A stretch of 64,000 nucleotides of DNA. Source: a virus. The stretch covers positions 1 to 64,000 of IMG/VR virus record IMGVR_UViG_3300021963_000063, one strand, 5' to 3'. The notes below the pieces were generated by a model. That model had not been told where the DNA came from, did not search any database, and worked only from the letters and a program-made list of their open reading frames with translations. Within the stretch, counting starts at the first letter, position 1, and each line of letters starts with the position of its first letter. Of this stretch, positions 7,901 through 17,649 are shown piece after piece. Made by a program: the position numbers and the translations under genes.

Positions 7901-8765
7901 TAACTACTCCATTAAGTGCCATAGAAATTCCATCCTCTAAACTAATCTTAGGTTTATAAAAACTAAACATTTTTGTAGGGTTTGCTACACGATATGTAAC
8001 ACCAACAGGTGCTGTTTCAATATAGTTATATCTTGGGTAGTACCCTTCAATTTCACATACTTGAGCAGCAAGCTTTCTAAAAGAAGTTGCTTCACCTGAT
8101 CCAAGATTTACTGGTCCAGGTATATCCAATTCAATAGCCTTATCTACTGCATCTACAACATCTTGCATATGAATAAAGTCTCTAACTTGATGTCCGTCAC
8201 CCCAGATATCAAACGGGTCATCTCGTCTTGATGCCCTTGCAATGTAAGATGGGAATGGATAGTCAAGGTCTTGATCTGTTCCATACCCTGAGAATGGACG
8301 GAAGATATGTGTACGAATACCTGACTCTTGTGCAAACCTTGATAAGTATTCTCCAGTTAGTTTTGCCCAACCATATGTTAGGTCTGGGTTTGATACTGCA
8401 TAAAGGTCTAGCATTTGCTCTGATAGTTTAGATGGATTTGATCCTGTCTGAAACTTTGTTGGGTATGCAGCAGAAGAACTAAAGTAAACAACTCTACCTG
8501 GTCTTGTACGCATAGCCCAGTTAAACATCTCTGCATCAATAGATAGGTCAGTAGCAACAGAAAGTGGGTTACCTTCAATTGTCATTCTTCCGCCAACAAT
8601 TGCAGCAAGATGAATTACCATATCAAAGTATGAGTTATCTGTTTTAAAGAAGTCACGGCAATCATTACCTTCTTTAAGATCAATTCCAACAATATCGTGT
8701 TGTGCATACTTACGCATGAAGTATCCACCAACAAAGCCTTTATGCCCTGTAATTAAAATTCTCAT
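7893..8765 (-). CDS. NAD-dependent nucleotide-sugar epimerase/dehydratase
   Basis: TGHKGFVG, HLAA, SSSAAY, YGWAK, GDGHQVRDF. Confidence 0.9.
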   Translation of the reverse strand: MRILITGHKGFVGGYFMRKYAQHDIVGIDLKEGNDCRDFFKTDNSYFDMVIHLAAIVGGRMTIEGNPLSVATDLSIDAEMFNWAMRTRPGRVVYFSSSAAYPTKFQTGSNPSKLSEQMLDLYAVSNPDLTYGWAKLTGEYLSRFAQESGIRTHIFRPFSGYGTDQDLDYPFPSYIARASRRDDPFDIWGDGHQVRDFIHMQDVVDAVDKAIELDIPGPVNLGSGEATSFRKLAAQVCEIEGYYPRYNYIETAPVGVTYRVANPTKMFSFYKPKISLEDGISMALNGVVNV

Positions 8766-9310
8766 TATTCACATACCCAAATCTGATAGTCGTAGTAGTA
8801 TTTTTTAGCAAGTTCAAGCTTATCATATCTTATAGGATTAAATCCAGCCTGAATTAAAAGTTTTCTTATTCCTTCATTGTCCCAAGCCCAGTAATGTTCT
8901 GGGTTATTATCATCAAACTTTCCTTCAGGAGTTGTTAGCAAAAGCTTATTAGTTTTATTTCTTATCTTTTGAAGAACATATAATGGGTCATCAACATGCT
9001 CAAGGGTTTCTGAACATATGAAAAGATCAACATTTGGTATCTGGTCAATGGTGTCTTCTATAGGACCCTCAAATTCATACTTAGGTGCAAAATCACCAAT
9101 AAACTTGTTAGATACATTTAAGGCGTTTATAATTGTAGCATCACCTGCAGATAGGTCTGCCACGCTTTCTACGCCCTTGATCTGTTTAGCGACTTCTATG
9201 GTGTATTCTACACGGATCCTGTGGTCTTCCCAGTGATGGTGTTCGTGTGGCTTTGCATATACTAGTTTTAGTTCTTGTTCAGAATACTTTTTTCTTAGTC
9301 GTTTACGCAT
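8765..9310 (-). CDS. class I SAM-dependent methyltransferase
   Basis: ADLSAGD, DLFICSETLEHV, LLLTTP. Confidence 0.8.
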   Translation of the reverse strand: MRKRLRKKYSEQELKLVYAKPHEHHHWEDHRIRVEYTIEVAKQIKGVESVADLSAGDATIINALNVSNKFIGDFAPKYEFEGPIEDTIDQIPNVDLFICSETLEHVDDPLYVLQKIRNKTNKLLLTTPEGKFDDNNPEHYWAWDNEGIRKLLIQAGFNPIRYDKLELAKKYYYDYQIWVCE

Positions 9311-9963
9311 TTTAAAATCTTATCTATATCAATATCCATTTGTGTTGATAGGTAGTTATCGTAGGCAATCTTGTCTGCATTGTATACAGCAGCATCATTT
9401 GTTTCTTGATAAGTTTCATCCATCTTTTCTCCAGTTACGCTGAAGTGTTGATGCTCAATAACTACATCATCTAGATAATGAATAGCATTTAATCTAGTAC
9501 CAAGATCAAGCCAAAAGTTATCTAAATACATATGTTTCTGTGCAGGTGGAGCCATATATCCAATAGCTTTAATAATCTTAGAAGACATCATTACTGCTGT
9601 AGGTAAGGCACTGCCTTGAATTAAATCATTTCCATACGCAATGCCAAGGCTACCGATTGCTTCTGCCATCATGATATCCCACCCAAAGGTTCTAATCCTG
9701 TGATCGTCTCCCATAAAAGCAATGTACTTATATTCATCAGAATATTTATTTGCAACATAATTTAGTGTGCCATTCATACCCATTCTAGGATTTACTTCGT
9801 ATAATACACCGTCAATGCGTGGGTAGTTGTCTGCATCATCTTCGTCAATTGCAAACACTAAATTGCTAATCATTGACCTTTCTAAAAACTCTTTATGAAA
9901 CTCTACAGAAGCTTCTGGTCTACCTCTTGTTGGAACGATAATTAATACATCTTTACCAAGCAC
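9295..9963 (-). CDS. GT-A fold glycosyltransferase (GT2-like)
   Basis: IIVPTRGRP, FMGDDH, IEHQH. Confidence 0.85.
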   Translation of the reverse strand: MLGKDVLIIVPTRGRPEASVEFHKEFLERSMISNLVFAIDEDDADNYPRIDGVLYEVNPRMGMNGTLNYVANKYSDEYKYIAFMGDDHRIRTFGWDIMMAEAIGSLGIAYGNDLIQGSALPTAVMMSSKIIKAIGYMAPPAQKHMYLDNFWLDLGTRLNAIHYLDDVVIEHQHFSVTGEKMDETYQETNDAAVYNADKIAYDNYLSTQMDIDIDKILKCVND

Positions 9964-10693
9964 TTGGTATCTCCTTGTATCCTAAATATTCGTTGTGGTG
10001 AGAAAAGCTTTGTGCAACGCTTGTATGATAATCTTCTTCTCTCATATGAACACCCTTTTTTCCTATATGTTTTGATCTTGATTTTTCAGGGAAAATACAT
10101 TTTAAATTATTTTCTGGAATGACTCTTAATGCAATATTCCAATCCCATCCAGAGTTTTCTGCACCTCCAGATGAGTAGTCTTTATCCCATGTGTCTTTAA
10201 GATAGGTGTTCCATCTATCTTTCCAGGTTCCCCAAATAAGTGGGGAAAAATAAGAACGCTTAAAGTATGTCTTATGATCAGCATTATCTACTTCTATAGA
10301 CCATAGATTACTTGCACAAATAGCTAGTACCTCTTCATCACGTTCATGACGTTCAGACAATTCATCAAAGAAATGTAGGATATCATCTGAAACTTCAATG
10401 TCGTCCTCTGCTAAAACAACAAAATCGTATCCTTGTTCAAACATAGAGTTAAGACCTTCCCAAGGATTGAGCAGGACACCTTTTCTTTCTGGATTGTTTA
10501 TAACATCTCCATACAATTTTTGTTCGCTTAGAAAATTAATCATTTTTTTTTCCATACTTTTTTGCATTGGAGATGGCTCTAATTTAAAAAAGAAATCGTA
10601 TCCATTTTTGTTTGCTACATCTCTCCATGATCTTAATGTTTCTTTGAGATAGTCATTTCTATCATATGAGGTAAATACAACGGCTTTACGCAT
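9953..10693 (-). CDS. GT-A fold glycosyltransferase
   Basis: TSYDRNDYL, LAEDD, WGTW, GWDW, SRSKHIG; start re-assigned to MRKAVV. Confidence 0.8.
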   Translation of the reverse strand: MRKAVVFTSYDRNDYLKETLRSWRDVANKNGYDFFFKLEPSPMQKSMEKKMINFLSEQKLYGDVINNPERKGVLLNPWEGLNSMFEQGYDFVVLAEDDIEVSDDILHFFDELSERHERDEEVLAICASNLWSIEVDNADHKTYFKRSYFSPLIWGTWKDRWNTYLKDTWDKDYSSGGAENSGWDWNIALRVIPENNLKCIFPEKSRSKHIGKKGVHMREEDYHTSVAQSFSHHNEYLGYKEIPSAW

Positions 10694-10877
10694 CATCTTC
10701 ATCATACACTTCATATTCAATGCCAAGTTCATCATATGGAATAAAGTCTTCATTCATAACAATTTCATCAAAAGATGTACCTGCAAAGGTATATTTAACA
10801 CGGGAAGAATGTGCCCCATAGGAAACTAACTCAGCAGTTACCTGCTCTTCAATCATCCAAACTAATCTATGAAACAT
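10686..10877 (-). CDS. hypothetical protein
   Basis: ORF; ATG 10877 has a GAGG SD. Confidence 0.6.
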   Translation of the reverse strand: MFHRLVWMIEEQVTAELVSYGAHSSRVKYTFAGTSFDEIVMNEDFIPYDELGIEYEVYDEDDA

Positions 10878-11130
10878 ATGTACCTCTAGGAGGATCTCCT
10901 TTTGCTCCGTCAAAATTTGCCTTTACTCCAAACGACTCAATGGTTGTTCTTAATAACTGCAGATACTCCATTATACTAACTTTTTGCATTTCATTCATAG
11001 CCATAATTTGATTTTCATAGATACGAATACCAATATAATTATCATGCTCAACAAAGTCAATAATAAGACCCTTATATGGTGGCTTTAGTCTATGTACAGT
11101 CATTGACATTTCTTTAGTAAACTTTGGCAT
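10867..11130 (-). CDS. hypothetical protein
   Basis: ORF coupled to whiB. Confidence 0.65.
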   Translation of the reverse strand: MPKFTKEMSMTVHRLKPPYKGLIIDFVEHDNYIGIRIYENQIMAMNEMQKVSIMEYLQLLRTTIESFGVKANFDGAKGDPPRGTYVS

Positions 11131-11432
11131 TACACAGCTCCAAGTATCTCTGTCCAGATGTCTTCTGTTTTATGAAAGTTTTTAGAGGGACTAATCTCTC
11201 CATCAACTAAGTAAACTCCACCCCAAACTCCCCACTCTTCATTAGTGGTACCATGGTTGAAGCAGTCAGATATTACTGGGCAAGTTAAGCAAATGTTGTC
11301 AACTACTTTAGCTAAGTCAGGATCTTCTTCATACTTATCAAAGAATAATTCACGATCCATTGACCTACATTTAGCCTTAACAATCCATTCATGATCTAAC
11401 ATACTTTGTGGGAACCTCCCAGCCATTATCAT
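11130..11432 (-). CDS. whiB: WhiB family Fe-S transcription factor
   Basis: C...CxxCPV...C plus EEWGVWGG. Confidence 0.9.
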   Translation of the reverse strand: MIMAGRFPQSMLDHEWIVKAKCRSMDRELFFDKYEEDPDLAKVVDNICLTCPVISDCFNHGTTNEEWGVWGGVYLVDGEISPSKNFHKTEDIWTEILGAV

Positions 11433-11601
11433 TTAGGGTAAATGACTTTACATAATGCCACTTGCCATTAATTAGTCTTCCATCTTTATTGAACTCTGCT
11501 CCAGCACTTTCTTTTGATTCTAGGATATTCCATCCGTCCCAAGAGAGGGACTTATTTGAATCAACAATCTGATGAGCATAGTCATAACTTGTAACTAACA
11601 T
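11389..11601 (-). CDS. hypothetical protein
   Basis: ORF downstream of a TTGACA promoter (~11658-11663). Confidence 0.65.
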   Translation of the reverse strand: MLVTSYDYAHQIVDSNKSLSWDGWNILESKESAGAEFNKDGRLINGKWHYVKSFTLNDNGWEVPTKYVRS

Positions 11602-11665
11602 TTTTTTCCTAATTGTTTGGGATACTATTAGACAATAGTATCATTGTTTTATGGATGTGTCAATA

Positions 11666-12652
11666 CTATACTATTGCAAGATAGTTTAAAACTACTGATC
11701 CAGATTCTGATCCACTAGAACTTTTAACGTGAAATTTTCTAGTAGTAGTATCTGTTGGAGTTTCTACTGCAATAGAGTAAGTGTTTGAGGATGAGGTATA
11801 TGCACCTGCTGCTGGCTTGTAACTTGCAACAACATTTTGAGTTGAAAGGAATCCATTTACAGTTGCTGTTCCGTATCCAGAGGTTAGGGTGACTGTTGTT
11901 GTTCCTGATCTTAAATCAGCAGAGTTTTCATAAGAGGTAGTATCAAGTTCATATGTATTTGCTGCAGTCTTTTTTAACAGTCCAGAAGTTCCTGCAAGTG
12001 CACCAATTGCTGTTAGGTCTGCATCTAGTGGCTGATAAGAGGCAAGTTGGCTTGTAAGAGCAACAGTTCCTGTGGTTGCTGGCAGTGTAATTGTTACATC
12101 ATCAGCAGTTGGATCTGTTACTGTTAGGATTGTTTCGTAATCATTTGCACTTGCACCTTCAAAAGTAATTGAAGAATCTGAAAGATATAATCCAGAAACT
12201 GTTGGTGTTGTAATTGTTGCAGAAGTAATAGTTTTATTAGTTAGTGTTTGAGCAACATCTGTTCCAACTACTGTTGTTGTAGCATTAGGAAGAGTAATTA
12301 CTCTGTCTGCTGTAGGCTCTGCAACTGTTAAGGTTGTTTCAAAGTTATCTGGAACGGCACCTTCAAAAATAATGTTTCCATTAAATGTTGCATCTGCAGT
12401 AAATGTAGCAGATTCAGCAACAACCAATGTTCCACTCAGATTTGGTAAGCTAATAGTTCTATCAGCTCCAGGATCCAATACCGTTAAGGTTGTCTCAAAG
12501 TTATTCGGTGAAGCACCTTCAAAAACAATATAAGCATCTTCATCAAGTACCAAGGCACCTTGAAATACTGGGTTTACTTTAGGGGCTAAAATACTAGATG
12601 TACTGGTAACAATACCATCATCTACATTAACAATAATTTCTGCACTAGACAT
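11666..12652 (-). CDS. virion/tail fibre-associated protein with 3 internal repeats
   Basis: FEGA..x(F/Y)ETxLTVxxPxAD..IxLP three times; YQPLDADLTAI fibre motif. Confidence 0.65.
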   Translation of the reverse strand: MSSAEIIVNVDDGIVTSTSSILAPKVNPVFQGALVLDEDAYIVFEGASPNNFETTLTVLDPGADRTISLPNLSGTLVVAESATFTADATFNGNIIFEGAVPDNFETTLTVAEPTADRVITLPNATTTVVGTDVAQTLTNKTITSATITTPTVSGLYLSDSSITFEGASANDYETILTVTDPTADDVTITLPATTGTVALTSQLASYQPLDADLTAIGALAGTSGLLKKTAANTYELDTTSYENSADLRSGTTTVTLTSGYGTATVNGFLSTQNVVASYKPAAGAYTSSSNTYSIAVETPTDTTTRKFHVKSSSGSESGSVVLNYLAIV

Positions 12653-13014
12653 TATGTAACATCACTTTCCACATCAATAGTTCCTTTAATAAAAGTTTTC
12701 TTTGTTCCTGTTGAATCATTTCCTGCAGCCATCTGTAAATCATACTTATACTGAGTGCCTGGAACAAGGGCAGCACTAATAGTTGGACTCATGTACATAG
12801 TAATAACATTAGTAGTTCCTACCTGTGTGCAGGTAAAAGTTCCTGCAGAAGTACTATCACTAACCTTTTTAATAGAAGAAGTAAATGTTAAAGTTCCAGC
12901 AGGTAGACCATATGCTGTACCGTCATCATTTTGAAGGGCAACATTCATACTAAGAGAGTCTCCCTTAGTCATTGTAACATTAACCTCTGCTGGTGTAAAA
13001 ACTAGATTAGCCAT
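12652..13014 (-). CDS. Ig-like/BppU-like structural protein (leaderless)
   Basis: GDS...YKYDLQ...GTI pattern; TATAAT-N6-ATG. Confidence 0.6.
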   Translation of the reverse strand: MANLVFTPAEVNVTMTKGDSLSMNVALQNDDGTAYGLPAGTLTFTSSIKKVSDSTSAGTFTCTQVGTTNVITMYMSPTISAALVPGTQYKYDLQMAAGNDSTGTKKTFIKGTIDVESDVT

Positions 13015-13028
13015 AAGTATATTATATC

Positions 13029-13394
13029 CTAATATTTGTAGTAAGACGAATTAATATTAAGAATTTCAGCCTTATCCATCAAAACATCAAAGAATTTTGG
13101 GTCTTTCTTGTTATTAAAGGATACAACATGATCAAAGCCATATGACTCAAAGTTATCAATAGCTTCAGAGCGAGGAATCCTACGAAACCGTGTTCTAATC
13201 TTTTTCTGTCTAAAGAATCCTTCAGTCTTATTAATAAATTCAGCAGTGTAACTATTAATTCTTCTTGGTCCAGCGGTGAATACCTCAATTTTACCGTCTG
13301 ACCCCTTAATATTTTCATCAATTGCTACCACAAGACCACGCATGAATGTTGAGTAGTCTTCAAAGGTATCTGTACCATAAACTAAAATTTTCAT
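13029..13394 (-). CDS. hypothetical protein
   Basis: ORF with an AAGGA SD. Confidence 0.65.
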   Translation of the reverse strand: MKILVYGTDTFEDYSTFMRGLVVAIDENIKGSDGKIEVFTAGPRRINSYTAEFINKTEGFFRQKKIRTRFRRIPRSEAIDNFESYGFDHVVSFNNKKDPKFFDVLMDKAEILNINSSYYKY

Positions 13395-13469
13395 TATTTG
13401 CTTTCCTTAATTTAACTAGGACTCTATTATATCAAATTTTAATAACTTAAACAATGTATTTTATATGTA

Positions 13470-14147
13470 TTATTTATTATAAAGATAGTATAGTTTTTCA
13501 TCAACTGCAATAGACTTAATATGCTTAGGGACAATCCCAGTATGCACATGTATTGGGACTGATATATCTTCTAAATGCTGACAAAACATAAGATCTTCTC
13601 CTATAAAATTTGAATGATTATTTATGTCCTGTTCTTCTAGAAAGAAATGCTTATATCCAAATGCGTCTAACAACCTTTTGCCTACCGATCTATGCATTAA
13701 TAACATTCCAAATCCAGTAGCGTCTACTTCTACTATGTCTTTTTTATTTATATCTTCTATGCTAATTTTAGAATATACCTTTTTTATTTTATCTTTCATA
13801 AATGAGCATGGAGTAGGGGTATTATTTATTAATGTAAAATATAATCCACTTAAAACTGGAAACTTATCTTTATCTGCAAGCTTTATGATATTGTTTATAT
13901 CTTCTTGTGATGGATAAATATCTGAATCTATCCAAAGTATCCAGTCAGCATGGTCATAGTCGGAACTCATCCATATGTCAAAAACTTCTTGTCTTTGTGT
14001 TGCAATTTTTTTACCAGAAGATCTTAATATATCTATGATATTATCTGGCTTATTTGATAGTATAGAGAAAGCAAATTCTCCAGTTACCATACCAGTGTCA
14101 CACCAGGCAAGTACAATTTTTTCTTCTTTATTCATTTTTATTTCCAA
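13470..14147 (-). CDS. GT2-like glycosyltransferase
   Basis: WIDSD, DATGFGMLL, GEDLMFC, H.K. Confidence 0.8.
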   Translation of the reverse strand: MEIKMNKEEKIVLAWCDTGMVTGEFAFSILSNKPDNIIDILRSSGKKIATQRQEVFDIWMSSDYDHADWILWIDSDIYPSQEDINNIIKLADKDKFPVLSGLYFTLINNTPTPCSFMKDKIKKVYSKISIEDINKKDIVEVDATGFGMLLMHRSVGKRLLDAFGYKHFFLEEQDINNHSNFIGEDLMFCQHLEDISVPIHVHTGIVPKHIKSIAVDEKLYYLYNK

Positions 14148-14880
14148 AAAAATTATTAAGAACTGTTAGTTTAGAATGATTTAAAATTTTATATTTCTTA
14201 CCCATTGAATTTTCTCCACGAGTATAGAATCCACTTACGCTATTTGGTTTTTTCTCTCCATATTCAGAATTTGATATAGATCTAGTATCATTATAGTGTT
14301 CAAACTCATGCTGTAATTCAGGGTACAAATTTATGTTTGATGACTTTAAATCAAAGCTTTCTATAAATCCTCTTTCAATTGGGAAAAAGGTATAAAGGGG
14401 TTCCCCTTTTATAAAACTAACTTTGCCTGGTTTTGGAAATTTAAAATTATATGTAAAGGTGTACGGGAGCCAATCTGTTTCAACTATTGCATCTAATGGT
14501 TGAACTCCTTCAATATAGGTATTTGCTGGAGACCTTACATACAAAGAAATATTTTCATTTGTTCTAATAATAAAATCCATATTAAATGTTAGGGTTCCAA
14601 ATCCAAAGTGCGATACCATTGGTGCACAATCAACACAGACGGACTCATCATAGCACTCAATTAGTATATCTTCTTGATTGTTACCACCATTCCAGTATGC
14701 GGTAAATGTAAATGGGCATATTACATCCCACCCATATGTGTTTGCTACATTAAGTGGCTTACATTTATATGAATTATTATCTTCTTGATCAAGTAATTCC
14801 TTTTTTATTCTGGAGGGAACAATTTCATACTTTGAATCATCAAATAAATTTATCTTTTCTATAAAATTTTTTGACATCAT
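14128..14880 (-). CDS. DUF6065-like protein
   Basis: YKCKPLNVANTYGW, SHFGFG, AIVETDW. Confidence 0.65.
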   Translation of the reverse strand: MMSKNFIEKINLFDDSKYEIVPSRIKKELLDQEDNNSYKCKPLNVANTYGWDVICPFTFTAYWNGGNNQEDILIECYDESVCVDCAPMVSHFGFGTLTFNMDFIIRTNENISLYVRSPANTYIEGVQPLDAIVETDWLPYTFTYNFKFPKPGKVSFIKGEPLYTFFPIERGFIESFDLKSSNINLYPELQHEFEHYNDTRSISNSEYGEKKPNSVSGFYTRGENSMGKKYKILNHSKLTVLNNFFGNKNE

Positions 14881-15395
14881 TTACCTTTGGGATCATAATC
14901 TATAGCATCATTCCATCTAACAGTCCATTCAAAATCTCCAAATCCATTATATCTTTGGAATTTTTTAAGAACAATAATAGCATCTATAACACCATCAATG
15001 TAATCTTTTGATTTTTTAACTCCTCGATATTCACCATCAACAGCTAATGTAAGTAGATCGTACATAACTTTATATATTGAATCAAAACTAAATAAAGAGT
15101 TTATAAATTCAGCAGATGCTGGTAAATCTAGGCTTGCATTTTTAAGTTCTTTTAATACAGATTCAGCAATGTCTATAAGCTCTGCACCGTCTCCATTCAT
15201 TGCTTTTTTAAAACAAGAATAAATAATAAATATTTTAAATTCATCTTCAGAAAGCTCTTCTCTAGCCAGGGAGTAGTCTATGTAATCAATATGTGAGGGA
15301 TAGCTATTATTGTGTTCATGATCAGCAACCATTTTAATATATTTATCGTATTCAAAATACTTTTCGTCATATGATCTTCCCAAAGTTAATCCCAC
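14877..15395 (-). CDS. hypothetical protein
   Basis: ORF. Confidence 0.6.
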   Translation of the reverse strand: MGLTLGRSYDEKYFEYDKYIKMVADHEHNNSYPSHIDYIDYSLAREELSEDEFKIFIIYSCFKKAMNGDGAELIDIAESVLKELKNASLDLPASAEFINSLFSFDSIYKVMYDLLTLAVDGEYRGVKKSKDYIDGVIDAIIVLKKFQRYNGFGDFEWTVRWNDAIDYDPKGK

Positions 15396-16111
15396 TTTTT
15401 TATTGTTCTAAAAAATGATTTATATCTATTTCCAATCTTTCCTTCTGCTGCAAGCCACTTTTTATTATTAATCTGAGTTAAGTCTTCAAATACCTCATGG
15501 CTCCATTCTTCTCTTTTAAATGGAATTATTTGCATAATTGGTGTACCCATTTCAAGAGTTCCTTCAAAATGTTCTTTAATAAAAAATGGAAAATTTACTT
15601 TAATAGGATGCTTATCAGTATCTACAATTGCTGGAATAATTTCAAATGGGAGATCATCTCTTAGTGCTGGTTGCATAAATAAACAAGAGTATCCTGGTGG
15701 GGTTTCAACAACCCAAGGTTGAATAAATTTAAATGCAGTTTTATGATATCCATCTGGAACTTTATACTCTTGATACTGAGTGGGTGCATGAGACTCAATA
15801 GGTCTAAGATGATTTGTGCTCCATTGAGATGTAATATTTCCATTATGATCGTTAGTAAAATGTATGTCAGCTGAAAGCTTAAAAATATATCCAGCAGTAA
15901 TTACATCAAAAATTGGCATACAAGCTTTAATAGTATGATTTGGATTACCATTATCTCCAATTGAAAATTGTCCTGGTGTTGTTAGCTTGTCCTGATTCTT
16001 ATACCATTCTGGTATTATTTTTTTTGCAGGTACAGGTGGCTCAAAAACATTAAAAACATTTTCATCTATTGATTTAAATTTTATTACTTGTTTGTTTGTT
16101 TTGTTAAACAT
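15386..16111 (-). CDS. DUF6065-related protein
   Basis: TIKACMPIFD...GY, PWVVETPPGYS, AIVDTD, GTPIMQIIPF. Confidence 0.6.
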   Translation of the reverse strand: MFNKTNKQVIKFKSIDENVFNVFEPPVPAKKIIPEWYKNQDKLTTPGQFSIGDNGNPNHTIKACMPIFDVITAGYIFKLSADIHFTNDHNGNITSQWSTNHLRPIESHAPTQYQEYKVPDGYHKTAFKFIQPWVVETPPGYSCLFMQPALRDDLPFEIIPAIVDTDKHPIKVNFPFFIKEHFEGTLEMGTPIMQIIPFKREEWSHEVFEDLTQINNKKWLAAEGKIGNRYKSFFRTIKKWD

Positions 16112-16143
16112 TTCCTATTCTTTCTGTTAGAAGTATTATATCA

Positions 16144-16929
16144 TTAAGACTTAATAAAGTAAAGCATATTTATAAAGGAAGGATATACGGTTACAGAATT
16201 GCTGTTAAATGTTGGGGTAGTTGTTATTTCTGCACTAGAATGCGAATGAGATCCACCACTTACTTCACTAGAGGTAGCTGTATTTCCAGCATGTGAATGA
16301 TTTCCAGCATTTTGATTTTCCGATACTGTAGCATTCATATTAAATGTTCCATGTGAATGGCTAGGAGATGCTGCTGTTGGTCCAGATGCATCATTTTTTT
16401 GAACTACGGAACCGCCATTGCCAGCACTTGAAGCATTTCCTGCAGGATAATTATGATTATGAGCATTCATTGCAACAGCATTAGAGCTTGCAGAAAAATT
16501 ATGATAGTGATTCCACGCTGTAGCATTTGCTGTTAAGTTTGTAGCAACAGTATGTGTGTGTGTATGTCCAACTGTATTGGATACTGAAACATTTGATGCT
16601 GTTCCAGACAAAAAGTATTTTGTAGTATACATATTTGGCAAAACAAAATGTGTAGATCCTGCAACACCAGATCCATTTGTATTTACTCCAAATGGAAAAA
16701 CGGAACCATTTTGTGTAATTATGTTATAAAGATCTTGATATGTTGATATGCTCCATTGAGTACCGTTACAAGGAAGAAGACCAAGATTTATGTAGCTTTG
16801 TACTGAAGGAGCTGAGTATAAAGAAACAGGACCTGCCATAGGTACCAATGCTCCTGTTGGTATACCTGCATAAAGGTTTTGATATGTATCTAACACAATA
16901 TCTATTTTATCTGATTTAAAAGTTGACAT
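16144..16929 (-). CDS. tail collar domain + HxH-rich fibre tip protein
   Basis: PTGALVP...LLPCNG...LPN collar; multiple HxH motifs; LYFIK end. Confidence 0.8.
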   Translation of the reverse strand: MSTFKSDKIDIVLDTYQNLYAGIPTGALVPMAGPVSLYSAPSVQSYINLGLLPCNGTQWSISTYQDLYNIITQNGSVFPFGVNTNGSGVAGSTHFVLPNMYTTKYFLSGTASNVSVSNTVGHTHTHTVATNLTANATAWNHYHNFSASSNAVAMNAHNHNYPAGNASSAGNGGSVVQKNDASGPTAASPSHSHGTFNMNATVSENQNAGNHSHAGNTATSSEVSGGSHSHSSAEITTTPTFNSNSVTVYPSFINMLYFIKS

Positions 16930-16932
16930 AAT

Positions 16933-17649
16933 TTAAAACTTTATAATAAAGTATGCTCTCACCGCCCCTGGAGTATATGTGCTTGATGTAAAGCTAAAAG
17001 TATTGCTTCCTATGGTATGTGCTGCTGCTGTGCCACTAGCATTGAAAGATGCTGCTATATTCATAACATTATGGTTATGATTATAATCTACTGATGTGCA
17101 AGCTGTTGATCCACCACCTGCGTTATGGGGGTGCCCTACCCAGGCAGCTTGGGGTGAGGTATTTGCTGGACCTGGATTAATTGCTCTATTTGCAAATGAG
17201 TTTGCGTTTGATCCTGGAGTTGTTCCACCATTAACACTATTAGCATTAGTATCATGATTGTGTGTTGCTGCTGCCACATCAATTCCAGTAGTTCCTCCTG
17301 TGTGTGTATGGGTTATTGCATGATCAGTAGAAGTGGCAACATGAGACATATTTCCGTTATGTGTATGATTTGTTGGGTAATTTGTTACATTATCAATATT
17401 GCTTGATGCTGGATAACGATCATTCATGCTTGGCAACAAAAAGGTGCCAGATCCAGATCCATATGTGGTTCCAATAACATCAAATAAATCTTTATAGGTT
17501 CCAGTGGTGGATAGGGCTTGACCATTACATAGGAGCCACCCACTTGGAATAGATGAACTAAAGAATGGAACAATTGAACCTATAGGAAAATTTTGTATTT
17601 TATCATTTTTATCAACAACATTGTCAGCAGATAATTTAAAGTCAACCAT
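16933..17649 (-). CDS. tail collar domain + HxH-rich fibre tip protein
   Basis: PIGSIVPF..IPSGWLLCNGQ...LFDVIGTTYG; HxH motifs; YFIIKF end. Confidence 0.85.
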   Translation of the reverse strand: MVDFKLSADNVVDKNDKIQNFPIGSIVPFFSSSIPSGWLLCNGQALSTTGTYKDLFDVIGTTYGSGSGTFLLPSMNDRYPASSNIDNVTNYPTNHTHNGNMSHVATSTDHAITHTHTGGTTGIDVAAATHNHDTNANSVNGGTTPGSNANSFANRAINPGPANTSPQAAWVGHPHNAGGGSTACTSVDYNHNHNVMNIAASFNASGTAAAHTIGSNTFSFTSSTYTPGAVRAYFIIKF

